In this document: positions 1-9,075 of the stretch, piece by piece
Layout: every line of letters begins with the position of its first letter
How positions within the stretch are numbered: the first letter of the stretch is position 1
Origin: a virus
Lineage: Duplodnaviria > Caudoviricetes
Direction: 5' to 3' (one strand)
Virus record (IMG/VR): IMGVR_UViG_3300037751_000591
Location: 38,737-102,736 of that record
DNA length: 64,000 nt
Notes under the pieces: model-generated
What the model was told of the DNA's origin: nothing
Databases searched by the model: none
Seen by the model: only the letters and a program-made list of their open reading frames with translations
Program-made: the position numbers and the translations under genes

Positions 1-3000
1 GGCTCGAATCTCCCTGAACACTGGATCGAAGATGCGGGGCAGTATGGCTACATCTTCGAGATCGATCCGCAGGCGTTTACCGACATCCAACCCGACGAAG
101 ACGTGATTGGCGAACACATCCATAAAGAAACGTTCCCGTGGCTGAATCGACTTGCGCGGCAGCATTTGAGCAGCCGTATGCTGGCGGATGCCCAATTCGG
201 CGAGTATGACGCTTGGGCCGAGGCCGGCAAGAAGTTGGTTGGCTACATGACGCCCGAGCAGAAATACGAGATCATCCTGAGCGGCAGCCATGTTTCCGCG
301 CTTGGCGAGCTACCCATTATTGCCGCGTGGCGTGTCGATAAAACGCAGGCCAGCCAGTACGAGAGATATACCTACGCTGAGGAAGACACCGAAGAAGATC
401 GGCGGCGGCGCATCGACCTGATCTGGCAGCTATCGCAGCCAGTCGAGCGGAGTCTGATTGGCAGGCACTTCGGTCCGGGCGCACACTCCGGCACCGGCAC
501 CGATCAGGACGTGCATGCCGGCGACGGCGAGGGCGGGATTTCCAAAGCAGACGCCACGGGCATTTGGGGCCTTGGCCTCGACAACAGAAGCCTGCACACG
601 GTTGCCTTCAAGCCGGCGGACAGCGGCGATGATGTCCAGCACTACCGCGAAGTTTCCATCACGCATCACCCCTCGCGCAAGCAACCTTATCGAGCAGTCA
701 TGGCCTTCGGGCATACGGCGCGGTTTGTGGATGGCCGGCACTGGTTTGACACACTGGCCGAAGCGAAGCAGGCCGGCGATGCCTATGTCGGCGACTGGTC
801 GGGGAGACCCGTCGAGCGCCACTACGGTCCGGGGCCGCACCCCGGCACGGGCACCGGTCAGGAGATACATGCCGGCGAGAGTGAGGGTTCCTATGGTCCG
901 CCGATCCCCGACGTGGCGACCGACGAACAGGTTGCTGGTTACAACCCTGTCGACATCAACAACTTCCGCATTGTGGGCGTCACCGATCTGTCCGACGCCA
1001 AGGGTCGCCTGATCGGGCCGGGAGAGTATGCGGATGCGGTCAGCCGCGTCATGCAGGATTTCTACCGACGCACCGGCTTCAAGATGTCGCGGCACGTGAT
1101 TTCCAATGAATGGATCGCGCTAGCCGAGGCCGGCGGCGGAACGTTCGCCGGCATGGTTTTGCCGTCCGAGCAGCTTGCCGACAAGCTGCAGGACACGTAT
1201 GAGGATCAGCTTTACGGTGCATACATTCAGGCCGAAAACACCCTGTTTATCAGTCCTAACACCCGACTCATGCGGCCCGACCAGCAGCGGTTCAGCTTTG
1301 TGATTGCCCATGAGTTGGGGCACTGGCTGCATCATCGGGTTGACCTGAGCGGATTGGAACCTAGCGAAGAATACTTTGGCGCGATGAGCGACACCTACGG
1401 TATGGGCAGGTCGCTCGAAGAAGAATACATCGCCGATCTGATTGCTGCCCACGTGCTCGACGGCGAGGTTTACCGCTTCCATCGCGAGCAAATGAACCGT
1501 CCGCTGACCGACTTCGAGCGGTCGGACGCCGAGGAAGTGATTTCCATTCTCAAGAAGGCCCCCGTGCTGCGGAGTCGGACCATGACCAAGCGAGCCGAAG
1601 ATCGCGTGCTGGTCTACTTCCCACAGACCGGCGAAGTGCTTGACGTGCCACGCGACCGGCTGAGCGAATTGCCCGAAACCGCCGAAATCTTCGGCGACCG
1701 CCTGCGTGGGGCCATGAGCGAGCGAGCCATGGGGTTCGGTATCAGCGACCCCTTCATGAGCACCGACCCCAACATGCCGCTCGACCCCGGCGGGCTTGGC
1801 GTCGAGTTCCATGAGCCGGTCCAGTTCGACCCGAAGACGGCAGACCCCGCCTACATCTACGCGTCGCTTTCGATGAGTCCTCCGCTGCTGGACTTGCAGA
1901 AGTACGTGCTTGATTACCTTGACAGCGCCGGCGCAGCCTATGATGCCCAAGAGCCTGAGCGCTTCCATATCACGCTGCTCTACATCGAGAAGATCGACAA
2001 CTGGCAGTTGCAGGACCTGATCTCTCACATTCAGTTCCCCGCCGCTTTCACGGTCGAGGGCGTCCGCCTTGGCACGTTCAAGGAAGCAGACGACAAGCCG
2101 CTGGTGCTGATGATCGACCCCGACAATGCCCTGCTGCGCATTCAGCGCGAGCTTTACGAGCGAGCGGTGCAGATGGGGTTGAAAGTATCCGAGTACAGCC
2201 GGCCCGGACACTACAAGCCGCATGTCACGCTGGCCTATGACATGGAGCCGGCAGATCAGCGCATGCCTAAGCTCGACAAGCCGATTCAGATCACGGTCGA
2301 TTCGGTGGCGATAACGCGGCCCGATTACCGGCTGGCCCGTGTGGTGCGGCTGCCAACCGTGCCGGGCGGAGCCGCCTTTGTCATTCGGCGTTTTGAGCCG
2401 GATATGTTCGACCGCATGCGCCAGCAGCGGGACAGCGTGATTTCGAGGGCGTTCAGTGATATGCGTCGCTACCTTACCGATTTGGTCGGCTCGATCACCG
2501 GGCGTCAGGCCGACAACGAGGAAGAGGTCGCACGCCGGCCGATCGGCGAGTTACGGCTGCCCAATTTGCCCCCTGTTCAGGCGGGCGACTACGTTTCGCT
2601 GGCCTATCTGCCCCTGACAATGGCGTGGCCGCACTTTGGCGAAGGCGCGTTTGATGAAATGCGCAAGATCGCCGACGCCACCAAGCGTCACTACGGGCCG
2701 AGCGCGCATCCCGGCACTGGCACCGAGCAAGAAGTCCATGCCGGTGAAGATTACGCAAGTGAAGATGACATATCTGAGTGGAAGGCAGAGCAAAAACAAC
2801 TGGTCGAGTATGCCCAAGAAAACTGGCGTGTTGTTGACAGTGTTCATCAGGCAGGGCGTGGGTACAAGATCGTAAGTCTATGGCTTGATCCCGACGGGGT
2901 TCTTTATGATCCCGGCATGACACATTGGGAATCGGCCATCGATGCCTACGAGGGCGCTGGTCTATGGGACGCAGACAGGGCGCGAGACGCGCGCCAGCGC

Positions 3001-6000
3001 CTTGAACTTCACGGTCAGAAGGAATTGGTCGAAATGGGGTTTGTCCGGGTTTCGGCCAGAGGGGACCGGAGCTGGCTTGTTTTTCAAATGATGGAGCCAT
3101 CAGAACTGACTCGCGATCAGCGCGAAGTTCTTGCTGTCGAATCGCAGCTTGTGTTCGACAGACGAGGCGAGGTATTCGCTGAGCCGAGTTCGCGAGCATT
3201 GGGGTTGCCTGATCGTTATGAGTCCGAAGAAGTCAAGGACATGCTTGGCCTTCGGTCGATTATCAAGCGTCACTATGGCCCCGGACCCCATCCCGGCACT
3301 GGCACCGATCAAGACATTCATGCGGGCGTAGGCGCTGCCCTGTCCGATCCGGTCGAGGCCCTCAGCGAAGCGCTGGTCGAAGACGCTATGCAAGTTCGCC
3401 GTGCCGAGGATGTAACCGCTGGCGATATCGGGCGGGGGTGGCTGCTGCCCGATGGACGTTTCGCCGATAGCAAAGGATCGCATGACAATTCTGCCGGCGA
3501 AGCACTGAATGCAGTCGGGGTCGAGCGCATCAATCATCCCTATTTCCGCTTCCCGCACGCGGAAAGCACGCTCATCAAGATGGGCTTTATTCGCATGGGC
3601 TTTAGTAGCTCAGTCGCATGGTTTGGCACCATGACAGACTTTACGCCAGATCAAGCAGAGTTCGTGGCGCGCTTGCTTGACCTCAGACCATTCAAACAGG
3701 TTTCCGTTGATTGGTATTCCCAAGAAGACGCAAGCCTACTTGAAGCCGTCGGTGATGAAAGACTGGCGCGCGCTCAATTGGAAAGAGAGATTGCGCGAGC
3801 TTATCGGACCATTAACCGCACGTGGGTTCCGGCAATTTACCGCGGTGGTCCGGGTAGCGGGCACTTTGAGCATGAGGGCAGGCTAGGCGAAATAGGCGGA
3901 TCGCTGCCCGCCGACGGCGTAGGGGGAGCGCAAGCGAGCGATGCTGTAGAGGGAGCGGGCACGAAGCAGGCTCATACTGGCGCTATCGCCAGTGATGCGG
4001 CAGCCGCGGCTGCCGGCCAGCCCTTGTCGGAGATTGAACCGCTCGGCGAGCGCCCGTTCGATCTTGTGCTGCAGTCGGTTGGCGTTGCCGCTGACGCCGA
4101 GCCTGACCGCTATTGGACGGAAATGCTAGAGCACCAGACTGCGATTGAAATGCAGCTTACTCAGTTGGAGGGCGAAGATCGGCGGGCCGCTATTTCGGTT
4201 AGTCAGCAGCTACACAAGAAGCTAACGATGGACTCATTGGCGCTTGTCGAGCGCGATGAACTTTGGCGGCAACCGCGAGATGAGTTTGTAGACGCCGGCA
4301 GGCCGGAGTTGATTAGCGGTGCAACACCGGAGGGCAGCGCAATTCTTGAACTTGTCGGAGCGCGCCGGCAGGCATGGCAACTGGCTGTGAATCGGGCAAT
4401 TCAGCGCGGCGATCTCGAAATCGACGAAGACGGGAACATCCCGGATTTGGGATACTACAACTCGGGCGGGGGGAAGTGGGTGCCGCTCGAGGGTGATCTT
4501 TACCACGTGACGACGGCGATCAGCGCAGTGCGAGAAACCGGACTGAGATCGAGATTCGAGCTTGCCATGCAGCGGGGCGTTGGGCTTGGCGGCGGCGACG
4601 ATCAAACCATCAGCTTCACGCAAGACCCCGGAGTTGCTCGCGGCATCGAGCGCGGCCTGCATGAGGCGCGGCTTGTGGCGCGTGACGACATAACATCCGA
4701 CGATCTCATGACCATGGCAGCCGAAGGCACAGGCGCTGAGCGACCGTTCATTGACGATCTGATGTTGTTCTATTCGAGTGATTGGAAAGAAGGTGATTGG
4801 GCTGCTGGCCGCGAATTGCCACAGGGGTTGCGCAGCGTACTCGAGGGCACTGAGTATGGGCGCAGTGCGATGGGCCAGACGCTGGAAGATTGGCAGACCA
4901 CCAAGGGCGATGAATGGGAAGTGGCCGAAGCCGGCCGCAGTTGGGAGGGCGGCGACGGTCGGACTTACCACACGCAATTTGTCAGGCCGGCGACCGAAGA
5001 GGAACAGCTACATGGTCGCTTCGAGCTTTACAAGCGATTCTCGGCATATCGTGAGTACGCCGGCGGCTACCTTGACCCGCTGTTTTTCAGTTCCGATCCG
5101 GCGGCACTGGCCGAGATTGATCCGGCGGAGATCGCGACTGTTCGCTACTCGCCGCAATCCAACAGTCGCGGCTCGCGGCAGGGAGCGCTCGGCGAGATCA
5201 GAACCTATGGCACCGACGGTTTGCAGCTAAGTGGTGAGGAAAGCTACTTCGACATCGAGAACGGCCAGATCGTTGAGCGCCATTATGGGCCGGGCACGCA
5301 CCCCGGAACCGGAACCGAGCAAGAGGCTCACGCCGGCGACGGCGGCGGCGCGGCAACCGATGTAGCCGAGCGGCCAAGCGGCGCAACAGGATCGGAGAAG
5401 CAGTCCGGTGTCGGCGGGGGGATTGGCGATTTTCTAAGGAAGTCCGACGAGAATGGCGGACGCACCCACTCGGCAACACACGTAGAGACAGCGAATGCGT
5501 TGGAGCTATTCGGCAGGGCAGCCGAGCAGTTGGGAGCAGCCGTTGACAACCGGGCGTCTGCCGACGCCGGAGAAATGGGCGGCCTGCCTCGAGAGATCGC
5601 CGAGCATATTGACAACCTGCTCAACGAGGGAAGATTCAGTGTTATAGAAAACACCGATATGGTCAGGGATATCTTGACCGGCCTAGAAGTCTACGAGTTT
5701 GAAATGGATAGGCACAAGCTAGCGCCGTCCATGACAGAACTCATTGAGCTGCAGACGCTGCGCGGTATGCTCGGCAGCTATACAGCGCCGGGATTCGATC
5801 CAGACAAGGAAGGTCTCAGCGACTTGTCTGTTGAAATGGGCGAGTACGTCCTGTCGCGTGGATTACAGATTACCGACGATCCCGGCAAACTGGCCCTTTA
5901 CGAGCAGCCTTGGTTCCAACGGCAGGTCACGCAGATCGCCGACAGCTTTGGCCTAGAAGACACGAGGATCATGGCACCATGGGCGACTGGCCTTGAAGGC

Positions 6001-8040
6001 GACCACGTTGTGCCCGACATCATGAACAGCATTGCCAGCAATAGCGATCTTAGGAACAGCAATGATTTCCACCCCGAGGCCAAGACGTATTACTTCGATG
6101 TTTTCCGGCACTTGGCTAATATGCCCGGAACGCCAGAGGCCGCGTACATGATTGACAGGAGCGGGTCTGACTGGCGTTTCCAGATTGATAGCGAGATTAT
6201 GGCGATGGGGCCGGGCCAGTGGCTTCCGCCGGACGAGTCCAAGTTTGGTGAAGGCGCTGAGATCGTGGCCGATTACGTCAATACGGCGTGGACTGAGTCC
6301 GCTCGCCATCCGGCATCAGTGGCGCTTATGGAAGAGGTAAGCCGGCAGTATGGCGGAACGCCCGCGCCAGAATCTGATCCAGATGGTGATTTCGTATCGG
6401 AGTGGGGCGAGGAGTTCAGCGAAGAACCAAGGAACATGCCGGGAAATTCGAGCGAAATCCTCTCCGGCTATGTCACGCGCACCTACGACGCCACGCAGCA
6501 ATGGCTGGCGGAGCGCGACTATCGGCCCGGCGATACGGTTCGTCTTTTTCGCGGGCTGCGGACCTTGACGGGCGAATGGAATCCGTCCGGCGAGGGCGGC
6601 GATACAACGGTGGATATGTGGTCGGTTTCCTCTTGGACATCCGACTTGGATACGGCAAGGTCGTTCGCCGAGCATGAACCATTTTCATATGACGACGATG
6701 TAGAGGACCTACCCGGCGCGATTGTGGCCGCCGACATCCCCATAGAGCGCTTGTTCGCCAACAGCGATACGGGCATGCCGTCGAAAGGCGAGTACGAATG
6801 GCTGGTGCTTGGCAAGGACGGCGTTGAGGGCACGGTCTATTCGACGGAAGATAGTCTCAACGATGCGATCATGTGGGGAGCGGCGTGGAACGCGGACCTC
6901 ACGGAGGTTGCTCAGAGACAGAATGACCATAAGCGTTGGTCTTGGGATGAGCACCAGCGCCGGGCCGAGAACACCGCTGCTGTCAAGCGGGCCGGCGGTG
7001 CTCGCAGCATGCACATCGACGAGCTTGCCGGTGACTGGTTGAAGGTGCTTGCCTACGAACTGGCGCGCGCCGCCGAAGCCAACGAAATGAACGCCTCCAG
7101 TCCCATTGAGGTCAAGGGCATGCTGCGGCGAGTAGTCAGGCATTATGGTCCGGGGACGCACCCCGGCACGGGCACTGAGCAAGATATTCACGCGGGCGGC
7201 GGGCGCGGCCGCGGGCGAGCGAGCAGTGCCCGCGCTGTGCGCATGGCGCAAGAGCCTGTCCGCAACTACACCTTCGCCGAAAACGACGAGTACATCAATC
7301 ACGCACAGCAGGTCTACGACCGGCAGCCGCCGGAAATCAAGGCGCAAATTGACGAAGTGCGGCAGCGCATCAAGGAAGGCCAGACCACGCAATCGATCTA
7401 TAAAGACCCCGAGACCGGCGAATACAGCCCCGACCGCCAGACGCTGCATGAGCAGATTATTGAGCAGATGCTGGCTGGCCGGACGCCTGAAGAACAACCG
7501 AGCGTGCTCATGACCGGCGGCTATCCGGGTTCGGGCAAAGGCACTATTTTCCGCCACTTGCAGCAGCAGGGCGAGACCCTCGAGAATTACGTCTGGATTG
7601 ATTCCGACGCGATCAAGGAGCAGCTTCCCGAGTACGAGGGATGGAACGCAGCCCTGACTCATCAAGAAGCATCCGATATCGTGGAAGAAATTGTAAATCG
7701 CGCCGCATCGCAGCGGCTGAGCATCGTCTACGACGCGACGATGCGCAACCAGTCTGAGTCCGACGCGATCCTGCGCCTGTTTGAGGATCAAGGATACAGC
7801 AGTCGCATCGTGTTTGTGGACGTGCCCATCGATGTCGCCATGGATCGGGCCATCACGCGCTTTGCCGGCGGCACCGGCCGGTTCGTGGACTTGAACTACA
7901 TTGCTACTCACGACGGCAAGAACGTAGCCAGCCTCGAAGCGTTGAAGGAAACCGTTGACCAGTGGGAGCATTGGGACAACAACGTACCCTTCGGCCAAGA
8001 GCCGATCCTGATTGGCAGCGGTCAAAAGGAAGAGGAATAG
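1..8040 (+). CDS. Giant polyvalent effector polyprotein (5'-truncated): zincin, 2H phosphoesterase, 2x WxxPDG domain, 2x ADP-ribosyltransferase-like, zeta-toxin kinase, separated by repeated tags
   Basis: Frame 1 is open from base 1, so the listed 103 start is probably not the true start. Motifs: HELGH (~1309), HITL (~1966) and HVTL (2221), LYHVTT...SFT...GEIR (4498-5208), RLFRG...SSWT...EYEWL (6538-6810), GGYPGSGKG/DSDAIKEQLP (~7516-7630). Seven tag copies lie between domains. Confidence 0.85.
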   Translation, partial: GSNLPEHWIEDAGQYGYIFEIDPQAFTDIQPDEDVIGEHIHKETFPWLNRLARQHLSSRMLADAQFGEYDAWAEAGKKLVGYMTPEQKYEIILSGSHVSALGELPIIAAWRVDKTQASQYERYTYAEEDTEEDRRRRIDLIWQLSQPVERSLIGRHFGPGAHSGTGTDQDVHAGDGEGGISKADATGIWGLGLDNRSLHTVAFKPADSGDDVQHYREVSITHHPSRKQPYRAVMAFGHTARFVDGRHWFDTLAEAKQAGDAYVGDWSGRPVERHYGPGPHPGTGTGQEIHAGESEGSYGPPIPDVATDEQVAGYNPVDINNFRIVGVTDLSDAKGRLIGPGEYADAVSRVMQDFYRRTGFKMSRHVISNEWIALAEAGGGTFAGMVLPSEQLADKLQDTYEDQLYGAYIQAENTLFISPNTRLMRPDQQRFSFVIAHELGHWLHHRVDLSGLEPSEEYFGAMSDTYGMGRSLEEEYIADLIAAHVLDGEVYRFHREQMNRPLTDFERSDAEEVISILKKAPVLRSRTMTKRAEDRVLVYFPQTGEVLDVPRDRLSELPETAEIFGDRLRGAMSERAMGFGISDPFMSTDPNMPLDPGGLGVEFHEPVQFDPKTADPAYIYASLSMSPPLLDLQKYVLDYLDSAGAAYDAQEPERFHITLLYIEKIDNWQLQDLISHIQFPAAFTVEGVRLGTFKEADDKPLVLMIDPDNALLRIQRELYERAVQMGLKVSEYSRPGHYKPHVTLAYDMEPADQRMPKLDKPIQITVDSVAITRPDYRLARVVRLPTVPGGAAFVIRRFEPDMFDRMRQQRDSVISRAFSDMRRYLTDLVGSITGRQADNEEEVARRPIGELRLPNLPPVQAGDYVSLAYLPLTMAWPHFGEGAFDEMRKIADATKRHYGPSAHPGTGTEQEVHAGEDYASEDDISEWKAEQKQLVEYAQENWRVVDSVHQAGRGYKIVSLWLDPDGVLYDPGMTHWESAIDAYEGAGLWDADRARDARQRLELHGQKELVEMGFVRVSARGDRSWLVFQMMEPSELTRDQREVLAVESQLVFDRRGEVFAEPSSRALGLPDRYESEEVKDMLGLRSIIKRHYGPGPHPGTGTDQDIHAGVGAALSDPVEALSEALVEDAMQVRRAEDVTAGDIGRGWLLPDGRFADSKGSHDNSAGEALNAVGVERINHPYFRFPHAESTLIKMGFIRMGFSSSVAWFGTMTDFTPDQAEFVARLLDLRPFKQVSVDWYSQEDASLLEAVGDERLARAQLEREIARAYRTINRTWVPAIYRGGPGSGHFEHEGRLGEIGGSLPADGVGGAQASDAVEGAGTKQAHTGAIASDAAAAAAGQPLSEIEPLGERPFDLVLQSVGVAADAEPDRYWTEMLEHQTAIEMQLTQLEGEDRRAAISVSQQLHKKLTMDSLALVERDELWRQPRDEFVDAGRPELISGATPEGSAILELVGARRQAWQLAVNRAIQRGDLEIDEDGNIPDLGYYNSGGGKWVPLEGDLYHVTTAISAVRETGLRSRFELAMQRGVGLGGGDDQTISFTQDPGVARGIERGLHEARLVARDDITSDDLMTMAAEGTGAERPFIDDLMLFYSSDWKEGDWAAGRELPQGLRSVLEGTEYGRSAMGQTLEDWQTTKGDEWEVAEAGRSWEGGDGRTYHTQFVRPATEEEQLHGRFELYKRFSAYREYAGGYLDPLFFSSDPAALAEIDPAEIATVRYSPQSNSRGSRQGALGEIRTYGTDGLQLSGEESYFDIENGQIVERHYGPGTHPGTGTEQEAHAGDGGGAATDVAERPSGATGSEKQSGVGGGIGDFLRKSDENGGRTHSATHVETANALELFGRAAEQLGAAVDNRASADAGEMGGLPREIAEHIDNLLNEGRFSVIENTDMVRDILTGLEVYEFEMDRHKLAPSMTELIELQTLRGMLGSYTAPGFDPDKEGLSDLSVEMGEYVLSRGLQITDDPGKLALYEQPWFQRQVTQIADSFGLEDTRIMAPWATGLEGDHVVPDIMNSIASNSDLRNSNDFHPEAKTYYFDVFRHLANMPGTPEAAYMIDRSGSDWRFQIDSEIMAMGPGQWLPPDESKFGEGAEIVADYVNTAWTESARHPASVALMEEVSRQYGGTPAPESDPDGDFVSEWGEEFSEEPRNMPGNSSEILSGYVTRTYDATQQWLAERDYRPGDTVRLFRGLRTLTGEWNPSGEGGDTTVDMWSVSSWTSDLDTARSFAEHEPFSYDDDVEDLPGAIVAADIPIERLFANSDTGMPSKGEYEWLVLGKDGVEGTVYSTEDSLNDAIMWGAAWNADLTEVAQRQNDHKRWSWDEHQRRAENTAAVKRAGGARSMHIDELAGDWLKVLAYELARAAEANEMNASSPIEVKGMLRRVVRHYGPGTHPGTGTEQDIHAGGGRGRGRASSARAVRMAQEPVRNYTFAENDEYINHAQQVYDRQPPEIKAQIDEVRQRIKEGQTTQSIYKDPETGEYSPDRQTLHEQIIEQMLAGRTPEEQPSVLMTGGYPGSGKGTIFRHLQQQGETLENYVWIDSDAIKEQLPEYEGWNAALTHQEASDIVEEIVNRAASQRLSIVYDATMRNQSESDAILRLFEDQGYSSRIVFVDVPIDVAMDRAITRFAGGTGRFVDLNYIATHDGKNVASLEALKETVDQWEHWDNNVPFGQEPILIGSGQKEEE

Positions 8041-8288
8041 ATATGCCCGATGTCGAGATCGTAGACGGCGGCGACGAATATTTGGATGAGGCTGTAATCC
8101 GCGGCATCAAGCGGGCCATCGAGAATAAGGCTGCCGACGACCGCGCCATGCTGCCCGAGCCAGCGCCAGCTAGCGATGAAGACGTGGAAGTGACCGGCAA
8201 GCTGCGGCGCGTGAAGGTCGGCGTTGCGCGTCATTACGGTCCGGGGTCGCATCCCGGCACGGGCACCGATCAAGATGTGCATGCCGGC
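463..8288 (+). repeat. Dispersed coding repeat, tag A: R-H[YF]GP[GS]xH[PS]GTGTxQ[DE]xHAG (7 copies)
   Basis: 60-nt copies start (Arg codon) at 463, 817, 2686, 3268, 5278, 7138 and 8229. Conserved at peptide level with synonymous variation. Confidence 0.95.
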
Positions 8289-8912
8289 GAGGGGGCCGGC
8301 GGCAAAGGCAGCGACCGCAAGACTCGGGTCGGCATCACGTCGGCCAGACCGGGCCGGCCAAGCGAGCAGGTCTATGAAGACATGCGCGGCTTTGAAGGCC
8401 GGCTGCGCCAGATTGAGAGTGTGCGCGGGGTGAGCGTCAAGCCCGGCATTGGCGGATGGCAGGGCGGAGAAGAACCGACATGGGTTGTGGAGTACGAGGG
8501 CAACGGCGAGGCCTTGCGCCTGATGGCCGAGACCGGCAAGCAGTTCAATCAGGACGCCGTGCTCATCATGACGCCGCCGGGCGATCAGGGCGGCCAGCCT
8601 GTCGTGGACTGGCACTTCGGCGAGGCGATCAGCGAGGGCGAGCGCGACGCTATTCAGGACCTGCTTGTTGAGTCCGGCATTGGCGGCTGGACATGGTATC
8701 GTGACGCCAACAGCCAGAGCGTGCTGAGGGCCGTTTCGGTCCCGCAGTGGGGAGGCTCAGCCGGCGCACACCTTAAGTCCGCCGACCTTGTGAGCGACCT
8801 GTTCTCACAGGCGGGTCTGACGTACACCCGCAGCGACGGCTCAGTTGGCATCGAGATTTTGGAGAGGGAAGGCGAGTTCAGCTATGACCGAGTCCTCGAA
8901 GCAGCCGAGTGA
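8043..8912 (+). CDS. Tag-A effector protein; SAM-lyase (T3 SAMase-like)-resembling domain
   Basis: ATG 8043 follows a purine-rich RBS. Tag A at 8229. GGWQGGEEPT...GKQFNQDAVL resembles the phage SAM lyase pattern. Confidence 0.55.
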   Translation: MPDVEIVDGGDEYLDEAVIRGIKRAIENKAADDRAMLPEPAPASDEDVEVTGKLRRVKVGVARHYGPGSHPGTGTDQDVHAGEGAGGKGSDRKTRVGITSARPGRPSEQVYEDMRGFEGRLRQIESVRGVSVKPGIGGWQGGEEPTWVVEYEGNGEALRLMAETGKQFNQDAVLIMTPPGDQGGQPVVDWHFGEAISEGERDAIQDLLVESGIGGWTWYRDANSQSVLRAVSVPQWGGSAGAHLKSADLVSDLFSQAGLTYTRSDGSVGIEILEREGEFSYDRVLEAAE

Positions 8913-9075
8913 CGCACTGGCCCGCTTGAAGGCGGCCAGAGACAACAGGGAAGACGGGGCCGACGGCTGGATTGGCGATCTGCCCGAACTTCCCGAGCTT
9001 CCCGCTGGCGAGAAAAAGGTTGCCGTCATGATCCCGAAGCGTGACCGGAGCGGAAGTGACGATTCAGACAGTTGA
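8884..9075 (+). CDS. Small hypothetical protein (possible partner or inhibitor of the upstream effector)
   Basis: 63-aa ORF that overlaps both neighbours and fills the gap between them. Confidence 0.45.
   Translation: MTESSKQPSDALARLKAARDNREDGADGWIGDLPELPELPAGEKKVAVMIPKRDRSGSDDSDS

Noticed and set aside
103-105. Listed start of the 2645-aa ORF
   Set aside because: The frame is open back to base 1 and no clear RBS is present; the gene likely starts upstream of the window.
6709-8025. Long minus-strand ORFs opposite the structural genes (also 1120-2223, 45179-46135, 51491-52732) and the plus-strand ORF 53012-53740
   Set aside because: Typical high-GC antisense shadows of genes with recognisable motifs on the other strand.
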